Numbered from the stretch's first letter, positions 1-9,613 are shown. The stretch: DNA of 52,475 nucleotides from an uncultured Sandaracinaceae bacterium (GCA_964510015.1 CAZEAA010000004.1:1-52475); one strand, 5' to 3'. The notes: generated by a model from the sequence alone, not told the origin. Made by a program: numbers and translations.

Positions 1-560
1 TCGGACAAGCGCAGCAGCGGCGACGCCAGCTGGATGCCCGTGTCCTGCACGTGCCGCATCTTGGTCACGATGCGCGGGCGACCGTCTTCCATGAAGACCG
101 CGACGGCGCCGTGGGTCTCGAGCGCGGCGCGGCTGAGCGTGACCACCAAGAGGTGGCGCGAGCGCGCGTGGGCGAACAGCGCGTTGCTGGTGGCGCCAGG
201 CACGCCGTCGCACACCACCAACACGTCAGTACCGGCCGGCAGGGCCCCGACTCCCGAAGCGCCGTCCACCAGGTGAACGTTCAGGGGAAGGCCCTGGATG
301 GTCTGGTGCCCCAGCCCCTCGAACGCCGCGGACAGCGCACGGCCCTGGGAGCCACTGGCCGGAGCGCCGGAGCTGTGGACGATGACCAGGTCGATCTGCC
401 CGCCCGCCCGGCTGGTGAGGGTGCGATCGTACGAGAGCACGCGCGCGAGCACGGGCGCCACGCGGCTGGCGCCACCTTGGGCGTGCGCCACCGGCACCGC
501 CAGCGCGAGAGCCAGCGAGAGCCCGACGAGACGGGTTGTGACGGCGCTTGTCTTCACCAT
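1..560 (-). CDS. YfiR/DUF4154-like periplasmic protein, partial (C-terminus lies beyond the window edge)
   Basis: Not in the ORF track because it is open at the window edge. My minus-strand translation from the ATG at 560-558 gives MVKTSAVTTRLVGLSLALALAVPVAHAQGG... (signal peptide), then ...VLARVLSYDRTL..IDLVIVH..DVLVVCDG..LLVVTLSRAALETHGAVAVFMEDGRPRIVTKMRHVQDTGIQLASPLLRLS. This follows the DUF4154 pattern. The start overlaps the upstream receptor stop (TGATG). Confidence 0.55.
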   Translation of the reverse strand, partial: MVKTSAVTTRLVGLSLALALAVPVAHAQGGASRVAPVLARVLSYDRTLTSRAGGQIDLVIVHSSGAPASGSQGRALSAAFEGLGHQTIQGLPLNVHLVDGASGVGALPAGTDVLVVCDGVPGATSNALFAHARSRHLLVVTLSRAALETHGAVAVFMEDGRPRIVTKMRHVQDTGIQLASPLLRLS

Positions 561-2602
561 CAGAGGCTCCTGTAGGCGAGGCCTACCAGGAAGGAGAGGC
601 CGGGCGTCCCGGCGCCGGGCAGCGGTGACTCGGCACCCTGAGTCACCATTCCGGTGGCCCGCAAGGAGAGCCAGAGAGGCAAGGTCAAGGTCAGCTGTAC
701 TTCGGCCATCGCGTGCACGTGTACGCGCGGGCCGATGTCTGCATTCAATATGACAGGGGGGATACCGGACGGCACGTTGAAGTGGCGGCCCGTGGCGAGC
801 TGCACGCCACCGCCATAGCGGAAGCGATCGGCGAACCCGGCCCCCATCACCTGGGCGCTCGCCGTGAAGCTGCTGTTCTGCTCCGGCACCGCCGAGAGCG
901 GGTCCGGCTCGCCCTCTTCGTGGCTGGGCTCGTAGAGCTTCAGCACCGAGAAGGCCAGCATGAACTGCAGCTCGTCCGAGAAGCGGTAGCGGCCGGTCAG
1001 CTCCCCGCCGAGCCCGATGTGGTCGTCGTCGTCCGTGACGAAGGTCTTGCGGGCCAGCGGGTTGAAGTCTTCGATGACCAGCGAGACGAAGCGCTGCGCG
1101 TAGACGGCGCCGCTCACGTCCAGCTGCCGCCCGATGCTGGTGGCGAGGTACAGCTCGAGGCCGTCGACCGTGGGGTTCGTGACGTCGTTCGAGCCCTCGA
1201 GCAGGATGAGCCCCGTGCTGGGGTCCACGAACGAGCCGCCGCGCTCCACGTACGTGGGCGCGCGGAACGCCCGCGCTCCCGACAAGCGGATGGCCATGGA
1301 GTCCGTGTGATAGCTGGCCGACAGACGAAACGAAGGCGCGAGCTCACCCGTGATCGCGGGGATGTCACCGCGCACGGCGCCCTCGAACGTGAGCTGCTCG
1401 ATGGGGTCCCAGCGCAAGCGCACCGAGCCCGCGTAGCCCACGCGGGTGTGGTCGCTGGCCTGCGGGTGCAGGTAGGGCGCCGACACGCGCTCGATGGCCA
1501 TCTCCGCGCCCACCCAGGCCTGCACTTGCGAGCCCAGCCGCAGCTTGATCTCGCCGCCGGTGCGCTGCCCGAGAGCAAGGGTCTCGTCGTAGTTGAAGCC
1601 GCTGAAGTTGGCGGTGTCCGACTCGGCCAGCGAGAGCACGCCGCGCGCGTAGAGCGTGGCCTCGGCGAACGCGCCCGTGGGCTGCTGGAACGAGTAGCGG
1701 AGCTCGCCCTGCGCCAGCACGCGCTGCTCGTCGTGCGACTCCAGCACCAAGTGCTCGAGGCTCGAGCGCCGCAGGAACGAGCCACCCAGCACCAACGCGA
1801 TGCGATGACCCCCGTCGATGTTGACGGCCAGCCGCGTGGCCAGCGAAGCGCCGAGCGCGCTGGGCTGCTCCACGCCGTCGCCCTGGCGACCGTTGCCCTC
1901 GTTGCGTGCCGTGACGAAGTAGGCCTGCTCGAAGGTGCGGCCGCGCCGCACGAAGCGCGCGGACACCGTGCCGTCGGGCGCCAGATCGTCCGTGACGCCC
2001 ACGCGCACCCGCGCGGCCATCTGACGGGCGTCCCCCAGACCCTGGAAGCTGGTGATCTGCACCACGCCGGTGAACGCGTTGGCGCCGTGGATGGTGGACA
2101 CGGGCCCGCGCACCACCTCGATGCGCTGGATGTCCGCGAGGTCCACCGGGATGGCCGACCACTCCACGCTTCCGTCGAGCGGGCTGTTGATGGGCACGCC
2201 GTCCACCATGACGACGACGTTGTTGCCAGTCAGGCCGCCGGCGCCGCGGATGGCCACGAGGTAGCTCCCCGGCGCGACCTGCTGCACCTGCACGCCGGGC
2301 ACGTAGCGCAGCAGATCCGGGATGGTGCGGGCGCCGCTGCGCTGGATCTGGTCGTGGGTGATGACGGTGACCGTGGCGGCCGCGTCGAGCACGTCCTCCG
2401 TGTCGCGCGACGCCGCGTCGGTCTGGCCGAGGGTGTCCCGCAGCTCGAGGCCCAAGAGGTCTTCGAGCGAGCTGTCCTCGACCGCTTCCTCACGGGTCGT
2501 TTCGGGCGTGGGCTCGGGCTCCTGCGCACGCACGGACGTGGGCCAAAACGCCGCCATCACGAGCGCGAAGGCCAGGAGCCGCGGGTCACCGAACCAGTGC
2601 AT
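560..2602 (-). CDS. TonB-dependent outer-membrane receptor (680 aa)
   Basis: Signal peptide ending VRAQE. Plug-domain motifs VTVITHDQIQRSGARTIPDLLRYVPGVQV and IQRIEVVRGPVSTIHGANAFTGVVQITS. Long beta-barrel-like C-terminal region ending in an aromatic-rich strand. Confidence 0.9.
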   Translation of the reverse strand: MHWFGDPRLLAFALVMAAFWPTSVRAQEPEPTPETTREEAVEDSSLEDLLGLELRDTLGQTDAASRDTEDVLDAAATVTVITHDQIQRSGARTIPDLLRYVPGVQVQQVAPGSYLVAIRGAGGLTGNNVVVMVDGVPINSPLDGSVEWSAIPVDLADIQRIEVVRGPVSTIHGANAFTGVVQITSFQGLGDARQMAARVRVGVTDDLAPDGTVSARFVRRGRTFEQAYFVTARNEGNGRQGDGVEQPSALGASLATRLAVNIDGGHRIALVLGGSFLRRSSLEHLVLESHDEQRVLAQGELRYSFQQPTGAFAEATLYARGVLSLAESDTANFSGFNYDETLALGQRTGGEIKLRLGSQVQAWVGAEMAIERVSAPYLHPQASDHTRVGYAGSVRLRWDPIEQLTFEGAVRGDIPAITGELAPSFRLSASYHTDSMAIRLSGARAFRAPTYVERGGSFVDPSTGLILLEGSNDVTNPTVDGLELYLATSIGRQLDVSGAVYAQRFVSLVIEDFNPLARKTFVTDDDDHIGLGGELTGRYRFSDELQFMLAFSVLKLYEPSHEEGEPDPLSAVPEQNSSFTASAQVMGAGFADRFRYGGGVQLATGRHFNVPSGIPPVILNADIGPRVHVHAMAEVQLTLTLPLWLSLRATGMVTQGAESPLPGAGTPGLSFLVGLAYRSL

Positions 2603-2650
2603 CGCGCGACCCTAGCAAATATCGCCTGGGAATGGAGCAAGGGATGTACG

Positions 2651-4822
2651 ATGGGGCCCTTGGAGAAGCCCACCAAACGCTCGTTTCCCCTTGCCGCCAA
2701 GCTCGTCTTGGGGATGGCCATCGTGCTGGCCGCCGCGGCCGTCATCGCCTCGTGGGTGATCTCCGGCCGCGAATGGACCCGACTCGTGGACGCCAAGGTC
2801 CACACCGTCGAACAGATCGCCGCCCTGTTCGCGGAGTTCGAGGCCGCAGCCGTCTACTTCGGCGACGCCGACACGCTGGCCACCGACGTGCAGCGCCTGC
2901 GCGAGACCGAGGGCGTGGTCTACGGCGCCGTCTGGATGGGTGACGAAGTGGCGCCGGCCGCCGAGCTGCGCGTCACGCACGACGCCCCGCGCGCTCCGGC
3001 GCCCCCCACCGAGCAGGGTGTCACGGTGAGCGACGACCGGGTGAGCGTCGCCCGTGAGGTGCGCAACCCCGACGGGGAGGTGATCGGGCGCGTGCGCATC
3101 GACGTCACCCTCGAGGCCGAGCGCGCGTCTCACCAAGCCGCCCAAGACACCATCACGTTCTTCGCGTCGATCTTGGGCCTGGCGGTGGCCCTGCTGATGT
3201 GGGGCATGCTGGGCCACATGGTGACCCGGCCGCTCGGGGTGCTGGTCGACGCCTCGGGAGACCTGGCGGAGGGCAAGCTCACGCAGGTGCCCGTGCGCGG
3301 GAACGACGAGGTGGGGCGGCTCGGGCTGGCGTTCAACGACATGGCCGCCGCCATCCGTGACCGCGAGACGCGCATCGCCGAGACCTCGGCGCGCCTCCAG
3401 ACGCTGCTCGACCACATGGGTCAGGTCATCCTCTTGTTCGGGCCGGACGGGGCGGTCGACGACAGCCGCTCGCGCCAGGCGGACGCGTTCATCGGGACCA
3501 CCCGCCTCACGGACATCAGCCAGCTGCTGTACCCGGAGGGCAGCCTGGCCATCGAGCGCAACGCGTTCGACATGTGGAAGGACGCGGTCTTCCAGGGCGG
3601 TCGCGTGGAGTGGGACGAGCTGCTCGAGCTCGCGCCCGAGGAGCTGGCCCACTTCACCGACGCGCGCGAGCGCAGCTACAGCCTGCTCTTCCGGCCGGTG
3701 TTCGAGGGCGAGCAGCTGCAGCGGGTGCTCTTGATCGCCACGGACATCACCGCCCAGCGCGAGCTCGAGCGGTCCGTGCGCGAGAACGAGCGCGTGCACC
3801 AGAACGCCGTCGCCGCCATGCGCCGCTTGGTGGCGGGGGGAGGTCAGGTCTTCGTGCGCTTCCTCGAGCAGACACGCTCGCGCCTGCGCCGCATCGAAGC
3901 CGACATGACGGGCGCCACCGACGTGCCGCGCTCCATGGTGGGCGAGATCTTCCGCACCATGCACACCCTGCGCGCGGAGGCCCGCTGCTTCGACCTCGAG
4001 GCCGTGGGGCGCCACGCGCAGAGCATCGAGACGCGCCTCAACGATCTGCGCAGCGCGAAGTCCGGGGTGGTCATCCCGGTCACCGAGATGACCCAGCGCA
4101 TCGCAGACCTGAGCGCCGCGCTCGCCAACGCGGAGCAGCTGTTCGTGGCGCAGAGCCCGGTGGGCGAGGCCATCCTCGATCAGATCACGGTGCGGCGCGG
4201 CGACCTGACCACCGTCATGTCGCTGATCCCCACCGCCGCGCCCGCGCTGCGCAGCCACCTCGAGCGCCTGGCGGCGCGCCCGTTCGGCGAGCTGGTGTTC
4301 CTGGTGCAAGAGGCCGCGCCGCGCTGGTGCGAGCGTGCAGGGGTGAAGGCGCAGATCGCCATCGAAGGGCGCGAGTGCGCCGTGCCGGCTTCGCTGAGCG
4401 ACGTGCTCGGCGGCGTGCTCAGTCACCTCGTGCGCAACGCCATCGCGCACGGCATCGAGGCGCCGGCGAAGCGCATGGAAGTCGGCAAGCCCGAGCTGGG
4501 CACCATCCACGTGCGCTGCGAGTCCAACGACGGCGGCGTGCGCATCCTGGTGGAGGACGACGGCTCGGGCATCGACGAAGAGGGGCTGCGCACCACGGCG
4601 GCGGCCCAGGGCATCGCCGCGGAGAACGCCGACCTCATTCACCTGGTGGCGCTGGCTGGGCTCTCGAGTCGCACGGAGGCCGACGAGCTGAGTGGCCAGG
4701 GTGTCGGCCTGGACGCCGTCACGGGTGACCTGGAGAGCGCCGGGTACCGACTGACGGTGACAACCCAGCGTGGGCGTGGTACCCAATTCTCGATCATCCC
4801 GTCTGGGAAAGGCAGTCCATGA
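2651..4822 (+). CDS. Membrane-anchored CheA-type sensor kinase (2 TM, HAMP, Hpt-like, HATPase_c; 723 aa)
   Basis: Real start taken at the ATG at 2651 (MGPLEKPTKRSFPLAAKLVLGMAIVLAAAAVIA), in frame with track ORF 713..4822; the 5' part of that ORF is antisense to the receptor gene. Motifs: HAMP DEVGRLGLAFNDMAAAIRDRE; Hpt-like IFRTMHTLRAEARCFDL; CheA-type ATP-binding HLVRNAIAHGIE, GKPELGTIHV, VEDDGSGID, GQGVGLD. GGAG lies about 14 nt upstream. Confidence 0.85.
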   Translation: MGPLEKPTKRSFPLAAKLVLGMAIVLAAAAVIASWVISGREWTRLVDAKVHTVEQIAALFAEFEAAAVYFGDADTLATDVQRLRETEGVVYGAVWMGDEVAPAAELRVTHDAPRAPAPPTEQGVTVSDDRVSVAREVRNPDGEVIGRVRIDVTLEAERASHQAAQDTITFFASILGLAVALLMWGMLGHMVTRPLGVLVDASGDLAEGKLTQVPVRGNDEVGRLGLAFNDMAAAIRDRETRIAETSARLQTLLDHMGQVILLFGPDGAVDDSRSRQADAFIGTTRLTDISQLLYPEGSLAIERNAFDMWKDAVFQGGRVEWDELLELAPEELAHFTDARERSYSLLFRPVFEGEQLQRVLLIATDITAQRELERSVRENERVHQNAVAAMRRLVAGGGQVFVRFLEQTRSRLRRIEADMTGATDVPRSMVGEIFRTMHTLRAEARCFDLEAVGRHAQSIETRLNDLRSAKSGVVIPVTEMTQRIADLSAALANAEQLFVAQSPVGEAILDQITVRRGDLTTVMSLIPTAAPALRSHLERLAARPFGELVFLVQEAAPRWCERAGVKAQIAIEGRECAVPASLSDVLGGVLSHLVRNAIAHGIEAPAKRMEVGKPELGTIHVRCESNDGGVRILVEDDGSGIDEEGLRTTAAAQGIAAENADLIHLVALAGLSSRTEADELSGQGVGLDAVTGDLESAGYRLTVTTQRGRGTQFSIIPSGKGSP

Positions 4823-5202
4823 GCACCAAAGGGACCATAGTCGTCATCGACGACAGCGAGATCGTCCTGGAACAGATCCGCGCCGAGCTCGAGCCCCTCG
4901 GGTTCGCCGTCAAGACCACCACTCAGACCGTGGGAACGGCACGCCTGCTGGTCGGCGCCGACCTCGTGATCCTCGACATGCACATGCCGGGGTTGCACGG
5001 CGGCCAGGTGCTCGAAAACCTGCGTGCCGCGGTGGAAGGCATGGCCACGCCGCCCCTCTTCTACATGTACACCTCGGACCCATCCGAGGAGGCTCGATAC
5101 CGCGAATATGGATTCGATGGCGCCTTCACTCAAAAGGGCAACATCGGCTCTCTGACGCGTCAGTTGGGCGCCGCCATGCGCCTGCTCAAGCTCAAGCGCT
5201 GA
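4819..5202 (+). CDS. Single-domain CheY-like response regulator (127 aa)
   Basis: Receiver motifs VVIDDSE, LVILDMHMPGLHG, a later T, and a K in FTQKG. ATGA overlap with the kinase stop. Confidence 0.9.
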   Translation: MSTKGTIVVIDDSEIVLEQIRAELEPLGFAVKTTTQTVGTARLLVGADLVILDMHMPGLHGGQVLENLRAAVEGMATPPLFYMYTSDPSEEARYREYGFDGAFTQKGNIGSLTRQLGAAMRLLKLKR

Positions 5203-5307
5203 CGTCAGCTACTCCGGCCATACATGTGCGGCTTTCTGCCACGCCTTGAATGGTCGATGGCACCTCATCTATCCTCGGAAGGATCCCTTTGCCGCCACGG
5301 AGGCCTC

Positions 5308-5943
5308 GTGCGCTCAGCTCTCTTTCTCTCGGTTCCCTCTCTCGCCCTGGTCGTCGTCGGTTGCGGTGGCGGCGATGGTGGGACCGCACTCGAGTGGGGT
5401 GGCGCGGAGCCGCACTTCGTGGTGCAGGGCTTCATCGGCGGTCGTGAGATCGACATCGACGTGGACGACACCACGGCCGAGATCGGCTGCGTGCGTGAGT
5501 ACGTGGTGCCGGTCGTCGACGGGGTGCCCGACGAGTCGATGGCGCAGTACGTGGAGACCGAGGTCGACGTCACGTTCGAGTACATGGGCCAGCCCTACAA
5601 CTTCCAGTTCGAGTTCAAGGAGCACGACCTCCAGAACACGACGGTGGGCGACGTGATCACGGTGGTGCCCCGTGTCGAGACCGAGCTCCCCGCAGCCGAC
5701 GAGATCTGGCTCGAGTTCGAGTGGGAGTCGGAGGACGAGGTCGACGCGTTCGAGCAGTCAGCGCAGCAGGGCACCGTCACGCTGCAGCTCTTCGCCGGCA
5801 CCCCCGCGCAAGGCAGCAACATCATTCCCGAGACCGAGGGCAGCGTGGGTCTGACGGGCAGCGGTGTCTGGTCCGCGACCGAGCAGCTGGACTTCACGCT
5901 GACGGCGGTGTGCGACACGAACGACATCGAGTACCTCGAATGA
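5308..5943 (+). CDS. Acidic lipoprotein, unknown function
   Basis: Start taken at the GTG at 5308, preceded by GGAGG 5 nt upstream, in frame with track ORF 5224..5943. Lipobox LALVVVGC. Acidic, non-repetitive sequence. Confidence 0.6.
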   Translation: MRSALFLSVPSLALVVVGCGGGDGGTALEWGGAEPHFVVQGFIGGREIDIDVDDTTAEIGCVREYVVPVVDGVPDESMAQYVETEVDVTFEYMGQPYNFQFEFKEHDLQNTTVGDVITVVPRVETELPAADEIWLEFEWESEDEVDAFEQSAQQGTVTLQLFAGTPAQGSNIIPETEGSVGLTGSGVWSATEQLDFTLTAVCDTNDIEYLE

Positions 5944-6599
5944 GGTCGGTCCTCGCCACCGGGGTCGCCGCGTCGCTCCTGCTGGCGGGGTGCGTGTCCC
6001 CCGTGGACATCACCACGGCCTACCAGTCGGAGGTCTACCTCTGCGATGACGACGAGGCCTACGCCGCACGCGTCGCCGAGTGCGTGTCGCGGCGTGACGC
6101 GGGGCTGCCGTGCAGCGGCGTGATCTCCTTCGAGGGGGAGATCCGCGGGGTCGAGGTGGTGGTGGACACCGACCTCTACGAGGTGCTGGTCAGCAGCGTG
6201 CGCTTCCCAGACATGAGCCTGACGCGGGACAACGTGGACCTCTACGGCGACTCGCCCTACTTCTCGTTCGTGGCCTCCATCGGCAGCGTCGGCGGCCCGG
6301 ACTCGCGGCCGGATGGCGACGTGACCCAGGCCTTCGGGCGCTCACCCCAATGTGAGAGCGGCGCGGTCGACGACCAGGTGAGGTTCTCCTTCCGCGTGGC
6401 CGCCGCCGGGGGAAGCACCGACGACGACTTGGCGACCGGCGCGATCACCTTCTCTCGCCAGACGCCGGACGAGCACATCGGCACGTTCGACGGGACGTTC
6501 CGAAACGCACCGGACGGCACGAGCCGCGGCCACCTGCGCGGCTGCTTCACGGTGTTCACGGACCGCGCCAGCGTGGAGCAGGCCGAGGTCTGCGACTGA
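5940..6599 (+). CDS. Lipoprotein, unknown function (paralog of the preceding gene)
   Basis: ATG at 5940 overlaps the upstream stop (ATGA). MRSVLATGVAASLLLAGC lipobox. Shares an FxGExxGxExxxDxD segment with 5308..5943. Confidence 0.65.
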   Translation: MRSVLATGVAASLLLAGCVSPVDITTAYQSEVYLCDDDEAYAARVAECVSRRDAGLPCSGVISFEGEIRGVEVVVDTDLYEVLVSSVRFPDMSLTRDNVDLYGDSPYFSFVASIGSVGGPDSRPDGDVTQAFGRSPQCESGAVDDQVRFSFRVAAAGGSTDDDLATGAITFSRQTPDEHIGTFDGTFRNAPDGTSRGHLRGCFTVFTDRASVEQAEVCD

Positions 6600-6617
6600 G
6601 CGGCCCTCTCCCGAGCG

Positions 6618-7430
6618 TCAGCGCGACACCAAGCGCGTGAGCCGGTCCTTCACGCGGCGCACGCGCTCACGCTGAGCCCGCACCTGCTTCAGAGCCTTCT
6701 CGGCCGGCATCAGCACCAGCCGCTTGAGCGTCTCGTCCGGACGCGCGCGGAAGATGGTGGTGTGGTCCACGCCTCGGTAGTCCTTGGGGGGCGCCTCCGT
6801 GTAGTAGTAGACGGCGAACGACTGGCGCACCATGCCGGGTGGGCAGCGCACCTCTTCCACGCCGTGGAAGCTGCGCTCGCTGGTCTCGAAGATCACACAG
6901 CGGTTCAGCAGCGGCGCGAGGCGCAGCTCGCACTTGGACACGTCGGGGTCCCAGAACTCCACGCCGCCACCCCACTCCGGTTGCCAGGTGGGGTTCAGGT
7001 AGAGCAGCAGGTTCAGGCGTCGATACAGCTTCTGCGACTCGAGGTAGTTGAAGTCCACGTGCACATCGAGTCGTCCCCGCGGCCCCGTGACGTGGATGCC
7101 CCCGCCGGCGAGGCTCGCGTCGTAGCGCAGGTCCTGCATGCCCGTGATGTAGGCGAGGTCGGCCAGGAAGCCCTCCGAGCCGAGCGCCGCGTTGAGCGCT
7201 TGCACCTTCGCGGGGAAGCGCGAAGCGTCCGTGATCTGGACCTTGCCGTGCTCGTTGACGCCCTTGAACTCGTCGCCGAGCTCGTGCGCCCGCTGAAAGG
7301 TGGGATAGGCACGCGCCACGTCCAGGGCCTGCGCAGGCTCGAGGAAGTTGTCGAGGACGATGTGCGGGAAGGGCTTGGCAGCCCGAAACTGTGCGCGCAG
7401 GCGCTCGCGATCGAGAGGGCGGATCATCAT
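6618..7430 (-). CDS. 2OG-Fe(II) oxygenase superfamily protein (270 aa)
   Basis: Start taken at MMIRPLDRERL (ATGATG at 7430-7425, GGAG upstream). HxD...H facial triad candidates: DVHVDFN and SFHGVEEV. Double-stranded beta-helix-like sequence LNLLLYLNPTW..GGGVEFW. Confidence 0.75.
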   Translation of the reverse strand: MMIRPLDRERLRAQFRAAKPFPHIVLDNFLEPAQALDVARAYPTFQRAHELGDEFKGVNEHGKVQITDASRFPAKVQALNAALGSEGFLADLAYITGMQDLRYDASLAGGGIHVTGPRGRLDVHVDFNYLESQKLYRRLNLLLYLNPTWQPEWGGGVEFWDPDVSKCELRLAPLLNRCVIFETSERSFHGVEEVRCPPGMVRQSFAVYYYTEAPPKDYRGVDHTTIFRARPDETLKRLVLMPAEKALKQVRAQRERVRRVKDRLTRLVSR

Positions 7431-7560
7431 GAGAGCTCCGTTGACCCTAGGGCCGGGCGGATCTTTCGGCCACTGGCGTACGAATCCGGTTCGGGCATAC
7501 TGACCTTTCCCTACACCGGCGTCGACCCTACGCGCCCCGTGAGTTTTCCGAGCGTCACCC

Positions 7561-8706
7561 ATGGCCACCGCGATCGTCCCCCACAGCGTCACGAGAAAGC
7601 CCCTGGTGGAGGCCTTCAACGCGCAGCTGCGTGCGGCCGACTCCCCGTGGGGCTTCTACGTGGACCCCACGCCCGCCTGGATCCCGAAGGTGCGCGCGGA
7701 CCAGCCCGTGTGGCGCGAGCTGCACCTGGCCGTGGAGCAGGCGGGGCAGCCCGACGAGCGCTGCGTGGGGGCCTACGGCCTCAAGCCGCAGGTCTGGCGG
7801 GTGCACGGCAAGGACCACGTGGTGGCCGACTGGCAGGGGCCCGTGTCGCTCGGCGCCATCGACAACCGCTACGCGGCGCTGGGGCTGCGCTTGCTGCGCG
7901 ACATGAAGAAGAAGCAGCCGCTGCTCTACAGCTGGGGCCACGGCGGCGATGGCGAGCCCATCGTGCAGCTGCTCACCAAGATGGGCTGGCGCTTGTACGC
8001 CACCCCGTTCGTGTTCCGCGTGTGCAACCCGAGCGCGTTCCTGCGCAAGAACGCCTACCTGCGGAGGGACCCGCGGCGCGCCCTGGGACAAGACGTGCTG
8101 GCCGCCACGGGCCTCGGCACGCTGGGCCTCCGCGCCCTGCACGGGGCGCTGCGGCTGCGCTCGGGCAAGCGCTTCACCGGCGCGGCCCACGTGGTGAGCG
8201 AGTTCGGTCCTTGGGCGGACGACCTCTGGGCGCGCGCGCGCGACCGCTACGACGCCATCGCGGTGCGCGACGCCGACGCCATGAACACGCTGGTGCCGCG
8301 CGAGCACGTCACGCAGGAGTGGCCCGAGCCCACTCGGCTGCGGGTGACGCGCGCCGGAGAGACGCTCGGCTGGGCGGTGGTGGTGCACAAGCAGCTCTCC
8401 GGGGACGCGCGCTTCGGTGACCTGCACGTGGGTCAGATCGCGGACTCGTTCGCGCTGCCCGAGCACGCGGGCGAGGTGCTGCACGCGGCCTTCGAGCACC
8501 TGCGCGGCCTGGGCGTGGACCTCGTGACCGCCAACCAGTCGCACCCGGGCTGGGTGCAGAGCTACGCCGACAACGGGTTCGTGGTGCTGCCCGACCGCAG
8601 GCTCTTCTGCGCCTCGCCCGAGCTCGAGGCCCTGCTGCAGCCCTTCGAGCAGACGCGCCGCAGCTTGTTCCTGACCAACCTGGACGGCCACGGGCCCATG
8701 CTCTGA
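7561..8706 (+). CDS. GNAT-fold (FemAB/CelD/HfsK-like) acyltransferase candidate (381 aa)
   Basis: Clean coding-like composition. The size and the C-terminal segment (LGWAVVVHKQ..GDLHVGQIAD..GVDLVTANQSHPGW) resemble large GNAT/FemAB-type acyltransferases. The functional call is weak. Confidence 0.55.
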   Translation: MATAIVPHSVTRKPLVEAFNAQLRAADSPWGFYVDPTPAWIPKVRADQPVWRELHLAVEQAGQPDERCVGAYGLKPQVWRVHGKDHVVADWQGPVSLGAIDNRYAALGLRLLRDMKKKQPLLYSWGHGGDGEPIVQLLTKMGWRLYATPFVFRVCNPSAFLRKNAYLRRDPRRALGQDVLAATGLGTLGLRALHGALRLRSGKRFTGAAHVVSEFGPWADDLWARARDRYDAIAVRDADAMNTLVPREHVTQEWPEPTRLRVTRAGETLGWAVVVHKQLSGDARFGDLHVGQIADSFALPEHAGEVLHAAFEHLRGLGVDLVTANQSHPGWVQSYADNGFVVLPDRRLFCASPELEALLQPFEQTRRSLFLTNLDGHGPML

Positions 8707-8716
8707 CGGAGACGCC

Positions 8717-9613
8717 ATGACCACCGTAGACCCCACCCCCGAACGCACCACGAAGTCGGCCTCCGACGTGGCCGTGCGCCTGACGAAGCTGTCGCGCGAG
8801 CGCTCGTGGAACGTGTACACGGACATCGCGTGGCCAGAGGCGCTCACGGGCGAGCGCTACTGCATGGCGCCCGAGCTGATGAGCATCTGGAACACGCCCT
8901 ACTGGGACACCCTCAGCGAAGAGCAGCGCATGCGCCTGTCACTCTACGAGTGCGCCAATTTCTTCAGCCTGACGCTGCAGGGCGAGCGCCCGCTGGTGGC
9001 GGGCATCAGCGACCGGCTCTACTCGAAGCGCGTCACGGCCGACGCCACCGAGTACCTGCACCACTTCTTGGATGAAGAGAACAAGCACATGGTGATGTTC
9101 GGGATGTTCCTGAGCCGCTACGTGGGCAAGGTCTATCCCGAGAAGAAGATCGCGCTCGATCGCACCTACGCGAAGGGCGAAGAAGAGGTGATGTTCTTCT
9201 GCAAGGCGCTCGTGGTGGAGGAGCTGGGCGACTACTACAACATGCAGATGATGAACGATCCGCGCATCGAGCCGATCGTGCGCGAGCTGAACGACCTGCA
9301 TCACCGCGACGAGTCGCGCCACATCGCCTTCGGGCGCCTGCACCTGCGTGAGCTGGCCGAGCGTTGGCTCGCCGAGTGGCCCGACGAGGTGCGCGTGCGC
9401 GTGCAGACCTGGCTTGCGCAGTACCTGAAGAGCAGCTGGGCCGACTTCTACAACCCGAGCATGTACCGCGACGCGGGCGTGCCGGACGCCTTCAACGTGC
9501 GCACCGCCGTGCTGGCGCACCCGGCCAGCGCCACCTTGCGCAACACCGCCAGCGCGAAGCTGGTGCGTCTGTTCGTGGACAGCGGGCTGCTCACGGAAGT
9601 GCCCTCGCTCTGA
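8717..9613 (+). CDS. AurF-family-like diiron oxygenase (298 aa)
   Basis: Two ExxH motifs on predicted helices (LDEENKH and HRDESRH), plus additional conserved Glu (LYECANFF, VVEELGD). This matches four-helix-bundle diiron N-oxygenase/desaturase-like proteins. Confidence 0.7.
   Translation: MTTVDPTPERTTKSASDVAVRLTKLSRERSWNVYTDIAWPEALTGERYCMAPELMSIWNTPYWDTLSEEQRMRLSLYECANFFSLTLQGERPLVAGISDRLYSKRVTADATEYLHHFLDEENKHMVMFGMFLSRYVGKVYPEKKIALDRTYAKGEEEVMFFCKALVVEELGDYYNMQMMNDPRIEPIVRELNDLHHRDESRHIAFGRLHLRELAERWLAEWPDEVRVRVQTWLAQYLKSSWADFYNPSMYRDAGVPDAFNVRTAVLAHPASATLRNTASAKLVRLFVDSGLLTEVPSL

Noticed and set aside
713-2650. The 5' two-thirds of the 1369-aa plus-strand ORF 713..4822.
   Set aside because: It is antisense to the well-supported TonB receptor gene and has an Arg/Ala/Gly/His-rich, motif-free translation. 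The real kinase begins at the ATG at 2651 with a TM helix. This is a GC-driven shadow frame.
2612-4786. 724-aa minus-strand ORF opposite the kinase gene.
   Set aside because: It has no recognisable motifs and an extreme Arg/Ala/His/Gly composition. The plus strand carries clear HAMP, Hpt and HATPase motifs.
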